NCBI GenBank assembly: GCA_964016885.1 | Contig: OZ024742.1 | Location: 160,642,001 to 160,706,000 of the forward strand | Length of the DNA stretch: 64,000 nucleotides | From: Eledone cirrhosa | Taxonomy: Eukaryota | Direction: 5' to 3' | Shown here: in pieces, positions 53,001 to 64,000 of the stretch | Layout: the number at the start of each line of letters is the position of its first letter | How positions within the stretch are numbered: the stretch's first letter is position 1 | Program-made: the position numbers and the translations under genes | Notes under the pieces: generated by a model | The model's database searches: none | Told to the model about the DNA's origin: nothing | The model's input: only the letters and a program-made list of their open reading frames with translations

Positions 53001-55955
53001 GCTTGACTTAGATAGGCTTCATAGACGAGGACCCGGCTACTGGAAGCTAAACGCGTCCTTACCAGCGCGCAAGGCCTACAGAGACCGGATTAGCGAACTA
53101 GTTAAGCGGGCGTTGACGGGGGCCATCGTCAACAAGTGGTGGTTTGCTCTGAAAAGAGCAATTAGAATAGAGTCCATTAGGTTTAGTAAGACTTTAGCAA
53201 TAGAGAAAAATAGAGCAGAGGGAGAATTAGTGAGAAAATTAGATGAGGCGCTTAGCAAAGGCATCGCGACCGACGTACTTACGGCGAAATTGGCCCTTGA
53301 CCAATTCTTCAATGCAAAGCACGAAGGCTGCGTTGTCAGAGCTAGGGTGCGTGCTCTCAGACACGAGGGGACGAAAGCCGTTCAATGGGCCCGAGTGGCG
53401 GAGGCACGTCGTGGCAACAAAGCCACGATACGGTCTTTGGTGGCCCACAACGTGCGCATGCTACTCGATCCCGGGCAAATGTGTGAAGCTTTCCAGCGAC
53501 ACTTCGCTCAGCTGTTTGGGAGCAGCGGCGGCCGAATCGAGGGATGGACTTTAGTGTCTACCTCGACGGACTGCCGCGGCTTTCGGCCACTGAGGCGGAG
53601 TGGTGCGAAAAGCCGATAACAACCGCTGAAGTACGGGATGCAATGACTAATTGCACAAGGGGTAAATCGCCTGGTTTGGATGGTCTGCCCTATGAACTTT
53701 ACGTACAAATGCCAAACTTGTTCGGAGGCCTCTTGGCGGACGTCTACTGCGACTGGCAACAGAACGGGAGAATTCCCAGCTCTGTGAGCCGAGGAGCGGT
53801 GGCGCTGCTGAGAAAGGATCCGAACAAGGGGGATAACATAGATAATTTTAGGCCCATAACTCTGCTAAACACAGAGTTCAAGATTTTGGCCAAGGTGCTA
53901 GCAAAGAGGTTGGCGCTTGTCGTTGGTGGTCTGGTGGGAGAGGCACAGACATGCGCCATTCCCGACAGATCCATCCACGACAACCTCCACCTCATGCGAT
54001 ACATCGTAGAGGGGGTAGCTAGGGAACCTGGCACGGGTGGGTCTTTGATCAATTTAGATCAGTCGAAAGCCTTCGATAGGGTCGACCATCGTTACCTAGC
54101 GGCAGTCCTGAGGGCGGCTGGCTTTGGGCCCGTCTTCAGAGGCTGGATCGCTGCCATGCACAGCGACATCTGCTCTGTAGTGAGAGTGAACGGTCACCTT
54201 TCGGAACCGTTCAACATCATGCACTCGGTCCGCCAAGGATGTCCCCTCTCGTCCCTCTTGTACGTATTGACTTTCGAGCCATTACTGCACAAACTGGAGA
54301 CGTTGAGGGGGGTCCCGCGCGAACTAGGATGCGGAAGATCCGTATAAGCATATGCCGACGATGTCATCGTAGTGGTGTCGAACGCCAAACACATCGAGGC
54401 GATCGGCACTACACTAAGAGAATACGAAGCGGTGACAGGAGCAATGATCAACCAGGAAAAGTCAGTGGGCCTGCAGCTCGGCACCTGGAGAGGCAGGTCC
54501 ATGCCGTCCAACAGCGTCGTCGGGCGCTAGACGGACCGGTTAAATTGCTAGGGGTCTGGTTCGGTCCAGACCTCCAGACGGACAAAAACTGGGACGAGGT
54601 GACGAGCAGGGTGGCTTCTCTCACCCAGAAATGGGCCGAGAGGAAGCTATCCCTGAAAGGTCGAACGGAGGTGGCGAATGCGTACATCGCATCCGTCATC
54701 TACTACCGCCTGACCGTCGTACCTTGTCCTAAGCCCCGCCTGACTGCGCTGGAGCGTTTGCTCTTTCGCTTCTTGTGGAAGGGACGCGCTCCGATGGTCA
54801 GGCGGTCCATCTGCTGTCAACACTCGCTACGTGGAGGGCTGGGCATGCCGTGGCTGATGATGCGCAGACACGCGCTCAGGCTACGACATCTCCACCTCTT
54901 CCTCGACGGTGATCAAGTGTGGTCGCCGTTTGCTAGACACGTTTTTCCCCAGCTCGTCTCCTTGACGGAGCTGCAGTCCTGGGTCAAGCGAAGACCGAGA
55001 GGGAGCGCTTGGAGACTGGAATGTCTTCAGGCGCTCACAGCCCTCGACCAATCGGGCAATGTGATCGGTGGAAACTCCACCTTGGCGTTCTATAGGGATT
55101 AGTGGAGGGGAAGAGCGACGACGTACTTGGAGAAAATCTAGGCGTCGACGAAAATCAACTAGCCAATCTCTTCGGAAGGACTTTCGGACCGGGGCCTATG
55201 GACAACTTCCAGAAATCCCTGGCCTGGCAGTGCTACCGGGGTGCTTTGCCAGTTCGGGATAAACTTTACAGGCATGGAGGTGCCGTCAGCCGGGCATGTC
55301 CGAGATGCGTGCAGGGCGACGAAACCGTCCTGCACGCACTCGTCCAGTGTCCGAGCATTGCTGACTTGTGGGTTTATGTCGAACACCTGCTGTCACGTGT
55401 AGGACGGATCTAGCTATCAGCTGAGTCCATCGTGAGGATTGCCCCGCCCCCTTCCTTTAGCCGGGAAGGGCAGGCAGTTTTTATCTGTCTGGTGGCCATG
55501 GCGAAAGAGATAGTATGGTGGACACGTTTGAAAGGGCTGAAGACGAGCACTTACCTCTTCGGTGATGCCTGATTAACTTTTTCAAATTTCATCTGAAAAG
55601 GAAAATCAGGGTAGAGAGGGAAGTGCTCTCTTCCCAGCATTTTGTTGAAAGATGGGTGAGAGAAGCAAGTATGGCCCGAATGAATGGGCCTTCTCTGAGT
55701 ATGTGTCTGTAAATTAAAGGTGAAAACTGGGAGAGGGCACTTGCCCTGGTGGTCAGGGCCACTGTGGTCTTTTAATGGGCTTTCTCCACAAATTTCCCTC
55801 GGAAGTCTCCCCCCTATTGGAGAATTTTTCTTTGTTTTTTTTATTTCATCCTCTGTTTTTTTTACACGCAGAAATGCCCATTTGTACCGTCCTGTATTCT
55901 CCTGTACTGTCCTTAATGTCTACTTTATGTAAACCCTTGTGGTTAATAAAGAAAA

Positions 55956-55956
<1 letters not shown>
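50074..55956 (+). mobile_element. Full-length Tx1/L1-clade LINE, copy 2 (ORF1 50281-52269, ORF2 52304-55712, both disrupted)
   Basis: Colinear with 13144-19061; zinc knuckle, APE and RT motifs; flanked by long (TTA)n tracts. Confidence 0.9.
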
Positions 55957-56001
<45 letters not shown>

Positions 56002-56013
56002 GTTGTTGTTATT

Positions 56014-59000
56014 CCTTGAATGTCAGTCATTGATGTTGGTTAACTGGAAAGTCCGTTGGAATGAATATCAAGCCACTACCTGCAGCCTCAGATATTCAGG
56101 ACGTATCGGAGGGTTCTTGCTGTTCCAAGCAAGCATGCCTTTTGAAGCGTTCCAAAAAGCGTGAAGGGGCCGATTTTCTTTAACCATCCCTGGAAACTTT
56201 TGGAGATAGTCCCCAGTGCGCCTATGACAATCGGGATCACTTTGACTTCATGGCAGTTCCAAATCCTTTTCACCTCCCACTTTAGGTCCTGGTATCGGTT
56301 AATTTTCTCCCTCTCCTTCTCTTGCACTCTCGTGTCGAAAGGGCAGGCCACATCCACAATCAGACACGATCTTTTTTCTTTGTCCACAACCACCAGGTCA
56401 GGTCTATTGTGTTCCAGTTTTTTGTCCTTCTGTATCCTAAAATCCCACAGCACCTTCACCTGATTGTTCTCCATCACCGCCTCTGGCCTATGCTCATACC
56501 ATTTCTCAGAATGTGGTAAATTGTTTACTTTGCACAGGTGCCAGTGGATCACCCTGCCCATCACATCATGTCTCCAGCCCTTATAGTGGGTCTGGGCTAG
56601 GTGTTTACACTCGGATACAATGTGAGCCACAGTCTCCTCTCTCTCTCCACAGATCCTGCACAGTGGGCTAGCCTCCTCCTTGTAAATATGGTGTTTCCAC
56701 CACTTCGTTTTGAGGGCCTGCTCCTGCGCAGCCATTAACATTCCTTCTGTAGCCTTTTTAAGGTCTCCTCTTTTCAACCAGTTCCATGTCTGTGGATCTC
56801 TAAATTCAGTTTTCTCAAAGAAGGTACTATGAAGGGATTTTCCCTGGAGGCTGCTATTTCTCGTTGATGTTATTTCCTCCTTGGACACCCCCCTGGTCTA
56901 TTGTCCACTCCTTCAGTAGAGTTCTGAGCATTGGCTCCTTACTATCAGTCATGTATTTGTGTAGGTTGTTTTTCTCCATCTGAACACAGTCCTCTATGCT
57001 GATAAGACCTCTTCCAACTTCAGATGTCCTTAAGTAGAGTCTATCGACATCACTCCTCTTGTGGAACATGTTGTAGATAGCCAATAGCTTCCTTGTCTTC
57101 CTATCCATTTCTTTTTGTTCAGCAACATTCCATCTCAGAATTCCCGCACTGTACCTAATAATAGACACAGCTCGGGTATTTACTGCACTTATGGCATTCC
57201 TACTGTTCAGATGTGACTTTAATACGCTCCTTATTCTCCGAATGTATTCAGTTCTTATCAATTCCTTCATTTTTTTGTTCTTGATGTCATCAGCCTCCAG
57301 AACACCCAAATACTTGTATCCTTCTTCAGAGTCAATTTCCTTTATTAACTCACCTGTTGGTACCTGGATTCCGTTACTTCTGCTCAATATACCCCTCCTC
57401 ATCACAATGACTCCACACTTACTAATACCAAATTGCATACATATATCATTGCTGAAAATACGGACAGTGTCAACAAGCACATCCAACTCCTTCTCACTCT
57501 TCCCGAAGAGCTTAAGATCGTCCATGAAGAGGAGGTGATTGATGGTAAGCCCTCCCTTTCCCAACCTGTATCCTGCTCTCACTTTTCGCAGTACACTGGT
57601 CAGGGGCATCAGGGCAAGGACAAACAACAGAGGGGACAGACTATCTCCCTGGAAGATACCTCTCTTGATCTTCACGCTTCCCAAGGATTCTTCAGTTGAT
57701 GTTAACTCTGTTTCCCAGGACTTCATACTTTTGCCCAACAACTGTCTGATGTTATCTGCCACCTTGAAGATCTCCAGGCTTTTGGTGATCCAAGAATGAG
57801 GCACCATGTCAAATGCCTTTTTGTAGTCTATCCAGCCCATGGCAAGACCAGTGTATCTCTTCTTGCAATTCCTCATTACCATCTTATCAATAAGTAACTG
57901 GTCCTTTGTACCACGTGACTTCTTTCGGCATCCTTTCTGTTCGTCCGGTAACAAGTTGTTTGTGTGGAGGTGATGGTAGATTTTCTCAGACATAATGCTT
58001 GTCAACAGTTTCCACATTACGGACAGACATGTGATAGGTCTATAGTTGGTAACATCATTACCCTTGATTCGGTCTTTCATTATCAGAACTGTGGTACCTT
58101 TTGTCAACCACTCTGGTACCTCACCTGACATCAAGCAGTCATTGAACATGGTTGTCAGTTTCGGGTGGAGGGATGTTAGATTTTTAATCCAATACCCCTG
58201 CACACCATCTGGGCCTGGTGATTTCCAGTTGGTTAGCTTTTTGGCCTGCCCCTTAAGAGTTTCAACTGTGATACTCAAATCAGTTTGTTGGTGTGCCTGT
58301 TCACTAATCTCCTTCTGTACTGTCTCAATCCACACTGCCTGGCCATTATGTTTAACATCCTGCTCCCATATTCCTCTCCAGAATGTTTTAGTTTGTTCCG
58401 CCCCAGGGATCAAGTCGTTGCCTCTTTCTTTCCCTTCAAGCTGTCCAAACAGCATCTTCTGGTTGTTGTCGAACATGCGGTTCTGTCTATACTGACTGAC
58501 TCTGTTCTCGTATCGCCTGATTTTTGCACTCTTTGCTACAATGCATTGCTTCAGTTTCTCTATGATAATATTTAGCTTTTTCCTCCTAGTTTTGTACTTT
58601 ATTTCCAGTCTATTTTTAGTGTCTATGTTTTTTAGTGTCCCATCGGTAGGGACTCAAGCTTTCCATGTCATTTCTCATTTCCCTGATTTGACCACTCAGT
58701 TGTTTTTTCCACCAAGGCTCTGATCTTTCTTGTCTGTTGTTTCCTCTCGCTTTTATACCAAGTAGTTTCCTCACCGTATTTGCTGTTGCTTTGAGGATAT
58801 TGTTGCACTGGTGAAGGCTCCTCACCTCAAGGTATGGGATGACTTTGTTTACCTTACCTGTTGTTTCTTTTAACTTTTTCCTGTCTACAAATCTTAGGTT
58901 CATAGGTTTCCCACTATCATTGTTCAATTCATCTACCACTAATTTAGGATATCAACCAAATCTTGTCCTAGCCCGTCAGCATTCATTCATCTCCTCAGTG

Positions 59001-59600
59001 GTCGTATCTCTGTTCCAGGTATTATTTATCTCAGCATTCAGATCATTGTCTGCTTCGGGTGGTTCCTCCGTTCTCTGGACCTCTTCACCTTCATTTCCCA
59101 CTGGCTCATTTGCCTAACATACTCCACTCTCCATCTCCAACTAATCTCTCTGCTCAGTTCCTCTAGTTCCAGCTCGCTCATCCACCCATTAGTTCTTATT
59201 ACCCGAGCCTGCCCGGCCAATTTTTGTTCATCTAATTTAAATAGACCAATCTCGTTCCATCCTTTTCCTATAGCCTTTCTCCTTGGGGTTACTCTTCAGG
59301 TAACATTGCATAACAGTTCTATTCAATCCTTTCGTCCAGTTGGTTCTGGTCCCTTTCCTTCTTCTTCTTCCTCCGACACCAGCAGTATTTGGTTGACAGC
59401 CAGGTCTCTGCTGCTGAGCCAGGGAGCACCTGCTGGGTGAGAGTCTGTCACATGACATTCTAGTCTCCACTTCACCGTTATTCGAACTGTTTAGGTTCGA
59501 CATTTAAACACTTTATCGAGGATTGGCGAATGTATGGTTACATAACCACCGGTGATTTCATCACCTCCGGTGATTTCGTCACTCCCGGTGATTTTTGTGT
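56014..59600 (-). mobile_element. Near full-length R4/Dong family A element (ORF 59503 to 56088, frameshifted)
   Basis: N-terminal WTKGLNRTVMQCYLKSNPKEKGYRKRM..QARVIRTNGWMSELELEE typical of R4/Dong; EPWWKK; RT; endonuclease. Confidence 0.9.
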
Positions 59601-60677
59601 GGCATTATCACGCTGTAGACGAACATAAATAAACAAACAAACAAACAGGCAAAAAAAAACCCAAACATGAATAAGCATAAGTTTCATTGTAATGTAATGT
59701 TTGAATGTCTGACTTAGTTTTTCCCTTCCCTTCTCTGTCCGTCTGTTTGCTCTTCTCTTCATTTTTCTTTTCTTTACGTTTTTCGTTGTTGCTGTGCTGC
59801 ATTGATTTTGATTTTTGGTTTTTTGATTTTGACCGGGTCATCAATTCAGTCTATTTATATATTTTGATGCATTCCTCTTTTAGTGGGGACACTACGATGT
59901 AGCAGGGGGTAGCGGGAGAGAATAGCGGCGGTAGTGATAATGAGGCAGTGGTGGTGGTGGTGGTGGCGGTGCTGTGCTAGCAGCACCTAGCAGGAGGTAG
60001 TGGGAGAGAATAGCGGCGGTAGCGATAATGAGGCAGTGGTGGTGGTGATGTGATCGTAGTACTGTAGTGATGGTGTTGAAGTTGGAGTAGAAATAGCGGT
60101 TGAGGCGACATGACCATAGTTTTCATCGTGGTAGTGGTGGTGGTGTCGGTGGTGAAATTATCTTTAGCTATTTAGCTATTTATTTCGACTCTAACATTCC
60201 TGATCCAAAATTAAATATTAATCTTGTTTATTAATATTGTCTAGTGATACCACCACCTTCCCCTTTCGTAAGTTAACAGAAGGTAATGGGGGAATAGCGG
60301 TGGTAGCAATGCAGGAGTGGTGGCGGCGGTGATGGGATAGTGGTAGTAATGATGGATGGGTGGTGGCGGCGGTGGCTGTAGTGATGGCGTTGTCGTTACT
60401 GAGTTTTGTTGAATAGTCTGTATTTTTGTTTGATCGGTGAATCTATGGGGTTAGTCGCGTATATGTGTTGACATATTTTCTTAATATTGGTATTAAACAT
60501 TTTGTGAAGATTTGAGACAATAATAATAGCAATTATAATTATTATGCTGGGATTGGTGGTGGTGGTGGTGGTGGTGGTGGTGAAATTGCCGTTATCTGGC
60601 TGTTGTATTTAGTGTACACAGAGGAGTGATGGGGTAGGTGGTGTATCTAGTTTGTGGTGTTGGTGAAATTGCTGTTA
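59600..60677 (-). other. Low-complexity (ACC/CAC-rich) leader upstream of the R4-A ORF, possibly its 5' UTR
   Basis: No TTA tract separates it from the ORF; internal ~60-bp duplication at ~59900 and ~59988. Confidence 0.4.
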
Positions 60678-61064
60678 TTTCGAATTTTTGTATCGAGCCT
60701 ACGGATCTCTGTGCTTGACCAGTTGATGACATTGTAACTGTAGGTTACTACTGGTATGGCAAGCGTGTTTATGGCATCGATCCTATTCCTTGCATTCAAT
60801 TCCGTTCTTAAGATTGCTCTTACTCTGCGGTAACATTCCTTCCTTATCCTTTCCCTCATTGTCGAGTGCTTGATTCCGTCTCCTTCACAAACACCTAGAT
60901 ATTTGTAAGTTTTTTCTTGATCAAGTTCTCTTATCACGTTCCCCCGATCATGATTAATGTCTGAACTCTTCAGCAGCTTTCCTCTGGTGAACGTTGCTTT
61001 GGCGCATTTATCTAGTCCAAACTCCATTTTAATGTCATCACTGAACTGCTCCACAGTGGATAAT
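60678..61064 (-). mobile_element. R4/Dong family B internal RT fragment lacking its 3' end
   Basis: Matches ~10595-10981. Confidence 0.85.
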
Positions 61065-61092
61065 TATTATTATTATTATTGTTATTGTTATT

Positions 61093-64000
61093 CCTTGAAT
61101 CTCAGTCATTGATGTTGGTTAACTGGAAAGTCCGTTGGATTGAATATCAAGCCACTACCTGCAGCCTCAGATATTCAGGACGTATCGGAGGGTTCTTGCT
61201 GTTCCAAGCAAGCATGCCTTTTGAAGCGTTCCAAAAAGCGTGAAGGGGCCGATTTTCTTTAACCATCCCTGGAAACTTTTGGAGATAGTCCCCAGTGCGC
61301 CTATGACAATCGGGATCACTTTGACTTCATGGCAGTTCCAAATCCTTTTCACCTCCCACTTTAGGTCTTGGTATCGGTTAATTTTCTCCCTCTCCTTCTC
61401 TTGCACTCTCGTGTCGAACGGGCAGGCCACATCCACAATCAGCCACGATCTTTTTTCTTTGTCCACAACCACCAGGTCAGGTCTATTGTGTTCCAGTTTT
61501 TTGTCCGTCTGTATCCTAAAATCCCACAGCACCTTCACCTGATTGTTCTCCATCACCGCCTCTGGCCTATGCTCATACCATTTCTCAGAATGTGGTAGAT
61601 TGTTTACTTTGCAGAGGTGCCAGTGGATCACCCTGCCCATCACATTGTGTCTCCAGCCCTTATAGTGGGTCTGGGCTAGGTGTTTACACTCGGACACAAT
61701 GTGAGCCACAGTCTCCTCTCTCTCTCCACAGATCCTGCACAGTGGGCTGGCCTCCTCCTTGTAGATATGGTGCTTCAACCACTTCGTTTTGAGGGCCTGC
61801 TCCTGCGCAGCCATTAGCATTCCTTCTGTAGCCTTTTTGAGGTCTCCTCTTCTCAACCAGTTCCATGTCTGTGGATCTCTAAATTCAATTTTCTCAAAGA
61901 AGGTACTATGAAGGGGTTTTCCCTTAAGGCTGCTCTTCCTCCTTGATGTTATTTCCTCCCTGGACATCCCCTGGCCTACTGTCCCCTCGTTCAGTACAGC
62001 TCTGAGCATTGGCTCCTTACTATAGGTCACGTATTTGTATAGGTTGTTTTTCTCCATCTGAACACAGTCCTCTATGCTGATAAGACCTCTTCCACCCTCA
62101 GATCTCCTTAGGTAGAGTCTATCGACATCACTCCTCTTGTGGAACATGTTGTAGATAGTCAATAGCTTCCTAGTCTTCCTATCCATTTCTTTCTGTTCAG
62201 CAACATTCCATCTCAGAATTCCCGCACTGTACCTAATAATAGACACAGCTCGGGAATTTACTGCGCTTATGGCATTTCTGCTGTTCAGATGTGACTTCAA
62301 TACGCTCCTTACTCTCCGAATGTATTCAGTTCTTAACAATTCCTTCATTTTTTTTGTTCTTTATGCCATCAGCCTCCAGAACGCCCAAATACTTGTATCC
62401 TTCCTCAGAGTCAATTTCCTTTATCATCTCACCTGTTGGTATCTGGATCCCGTTACTTCTGCTCAACCTACCCCTCTTCATCACAATGACTCCACATTTA
62501 CCAATACCAAACTGCATACATATATCACTGCTGAAAATACGGACAGTGTCAACAAGCACATCCAACTCCTTCTCACTTTTCCCGAAGAGCTTAAGATCGT
62601 CCATGAAGAGGAGGTGATTGATGGTAAGCTCTCCCCTTCCCAACTTGTATCCTGCTCTCACTTTTCGCAGCATAATGGTCAAGGGCATCAGGGCAAGGAC
62701 AAACAACAGAGGGGACAGGCTATCTCCCTGGAAGATACCTCTCTTGATCTTCACGCTTCCCAAGGATACTCCAGTTGATGTCAACTCTGTCTCCCAGGAC
62801 CCCATACTCCTGCCTAGCAACTGTCTGATGTTATCCGCCACCCTGAAGATCTCCAGGCTTTTGGTGATCCAAGAATGAGGCACCATGTCAAATGCCTTTC
62901 TGTAGTCTATCCATCCCATGGCAAGATCAGTGTGTCTCCTCCTGCAATTCCCCATTACCATCTTATCAATAAGCAACTGGTCCTTTGTACCACGTGACTT
63001 CTTTCGGCATCCTTTCTGTTCGTCCGGTAACAAGTTGTTTGTGTGGAGGTGATGGTAGATTTCCTCAGACACAATGCTCGTCAACAGTTTCCACATTACG
63101 GGCAGACATGTGATAGGTCTATAGTTGGTAGCATCATTACCCTTGATTCGGTCTTTCATTATCAGAACTGTGGTACCTTTTGTCAACCACTCTGGCACCT
63201 CACCCGACACCAAGCAGTCATTGAACATGGCCGTCAGCTTCGGGTGGAGGGATGTTAGATGTTTAATCCAATACCCCTGCACACCATCTGGGCCTGGTGA
63301 TTTCCAGTTGGTTAGTTTTTTGGCTTGCCCCTTAAGAGTTTCAACTGTGATACTCAAATCAGTCTGTTGCTGTGCCTGCTCACCGATCTCCCTCTGTACT
63401 GTCTCAATCCACCCTGCCTGGGCATTGTGTCTAACATCCTGCTCCCATATTCCTCTCCAGAATGTTTTAGTTTGCTCCGCCCCAGGGATCAAGTCGTTGC
63501 CTCTTTCTTTGCCCTCAAGCTGTCCAAACAGCATCTTCTGGTTGTTGTCGAACATGCGGTTCTGTTTATACTGACTGACTCTGTTCTCGTATCGCCTGAT
63601 TTTTGCACTCTTTGCTACAATGCGTTGCTTCAATTCCTCTATGATAATATTTAGCTTTTTACTCCTAGTTTTGTATTTTATTTCCAGTCTATTTTTAGTG
63701 CCTATGTTTTTTAGTGTCCCATTCAGTAGTGACTCAAGCTTTCCTATGTCATTTCTCATTTCCCCGATTTGCCCACTCAGTCGCTTCTTCCACCACGGCT
63801 CTGCTCTTTCTTGTCTGTTGTTTCCTCTCGTTTTTATACCAAGTAGTTTCCTCACCGTATTTGCTGTTGCTCTGAGGATATTGTTGCACTGGTGAAGGCT
63901 CCTCGCCTCAAGGTATGGGATGACTTTGTTTACCTTAGCTGTTGTTTCTTTTAACTTTTTCCTGTCTACAAATCTTAGGTTTATAGGTCTCCCACTATCA
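61093..64000 (-). mobile_element. R4/Dong family A, long young copy running off the window (one frameshift in a T-run near 62350)
   Basis: ORFs 62326-63855 and 61167-62348. Confidence 0.92.

Overview
Eukaryotic, AT-rich, microsatellite-saturated DNA with no confidently identifiable host gene. The repeat landscape suggests an invertebrate, plausibly a cephalopod (inference only). Nearly all real coding sequence is retroelement-derived. (1) Two dense clusters (about 8.3-19.1 kb and 44.8-64 kb) contain three LINE families, almost every copy bounded by (TTA)n tracts. Two are R4/Dong-type families with a restriction-like endonuclease, always on the minus strand. One is a Tx1/L1-type family with an APE endonuclease, always on the plus strand, including two ~5.9 kb full-length copies. 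(2) Three decayed Penelope-like elements (PLEs; RT and/or GIY-YIG remnants) lie at 34.6-44.8 kb; two are fused head-to-head at the same RT motif, and the third appears to host the second LINE cluster. (3) The least obvious signal is about a dozen hammerhead-ribozyme (HHR) motifs between 22 and 42 kb, from many unrelated families, most with a family-specific palindromic stem III. Several sit in ORF-less 545-660 bp units with terminal redundancy and/or inverted arms, embedded in (TA)n tracts, which suggests Penelope-derived pseudo-LTRs (pLTRs) or retrozymes. Also present: tRNA-like SINEs, piggyBac and mariner MITEs, a Tc1/mariner relic, a CRE-like LINE relic, a 63-bp minisatellite open on both strands, and a perfect 55-bp-arm palindrome. 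Most short ORFs in the supplied track are microsatellite or antisense artefacts. All structures were read by eye and coordinates may be off by a few bases.
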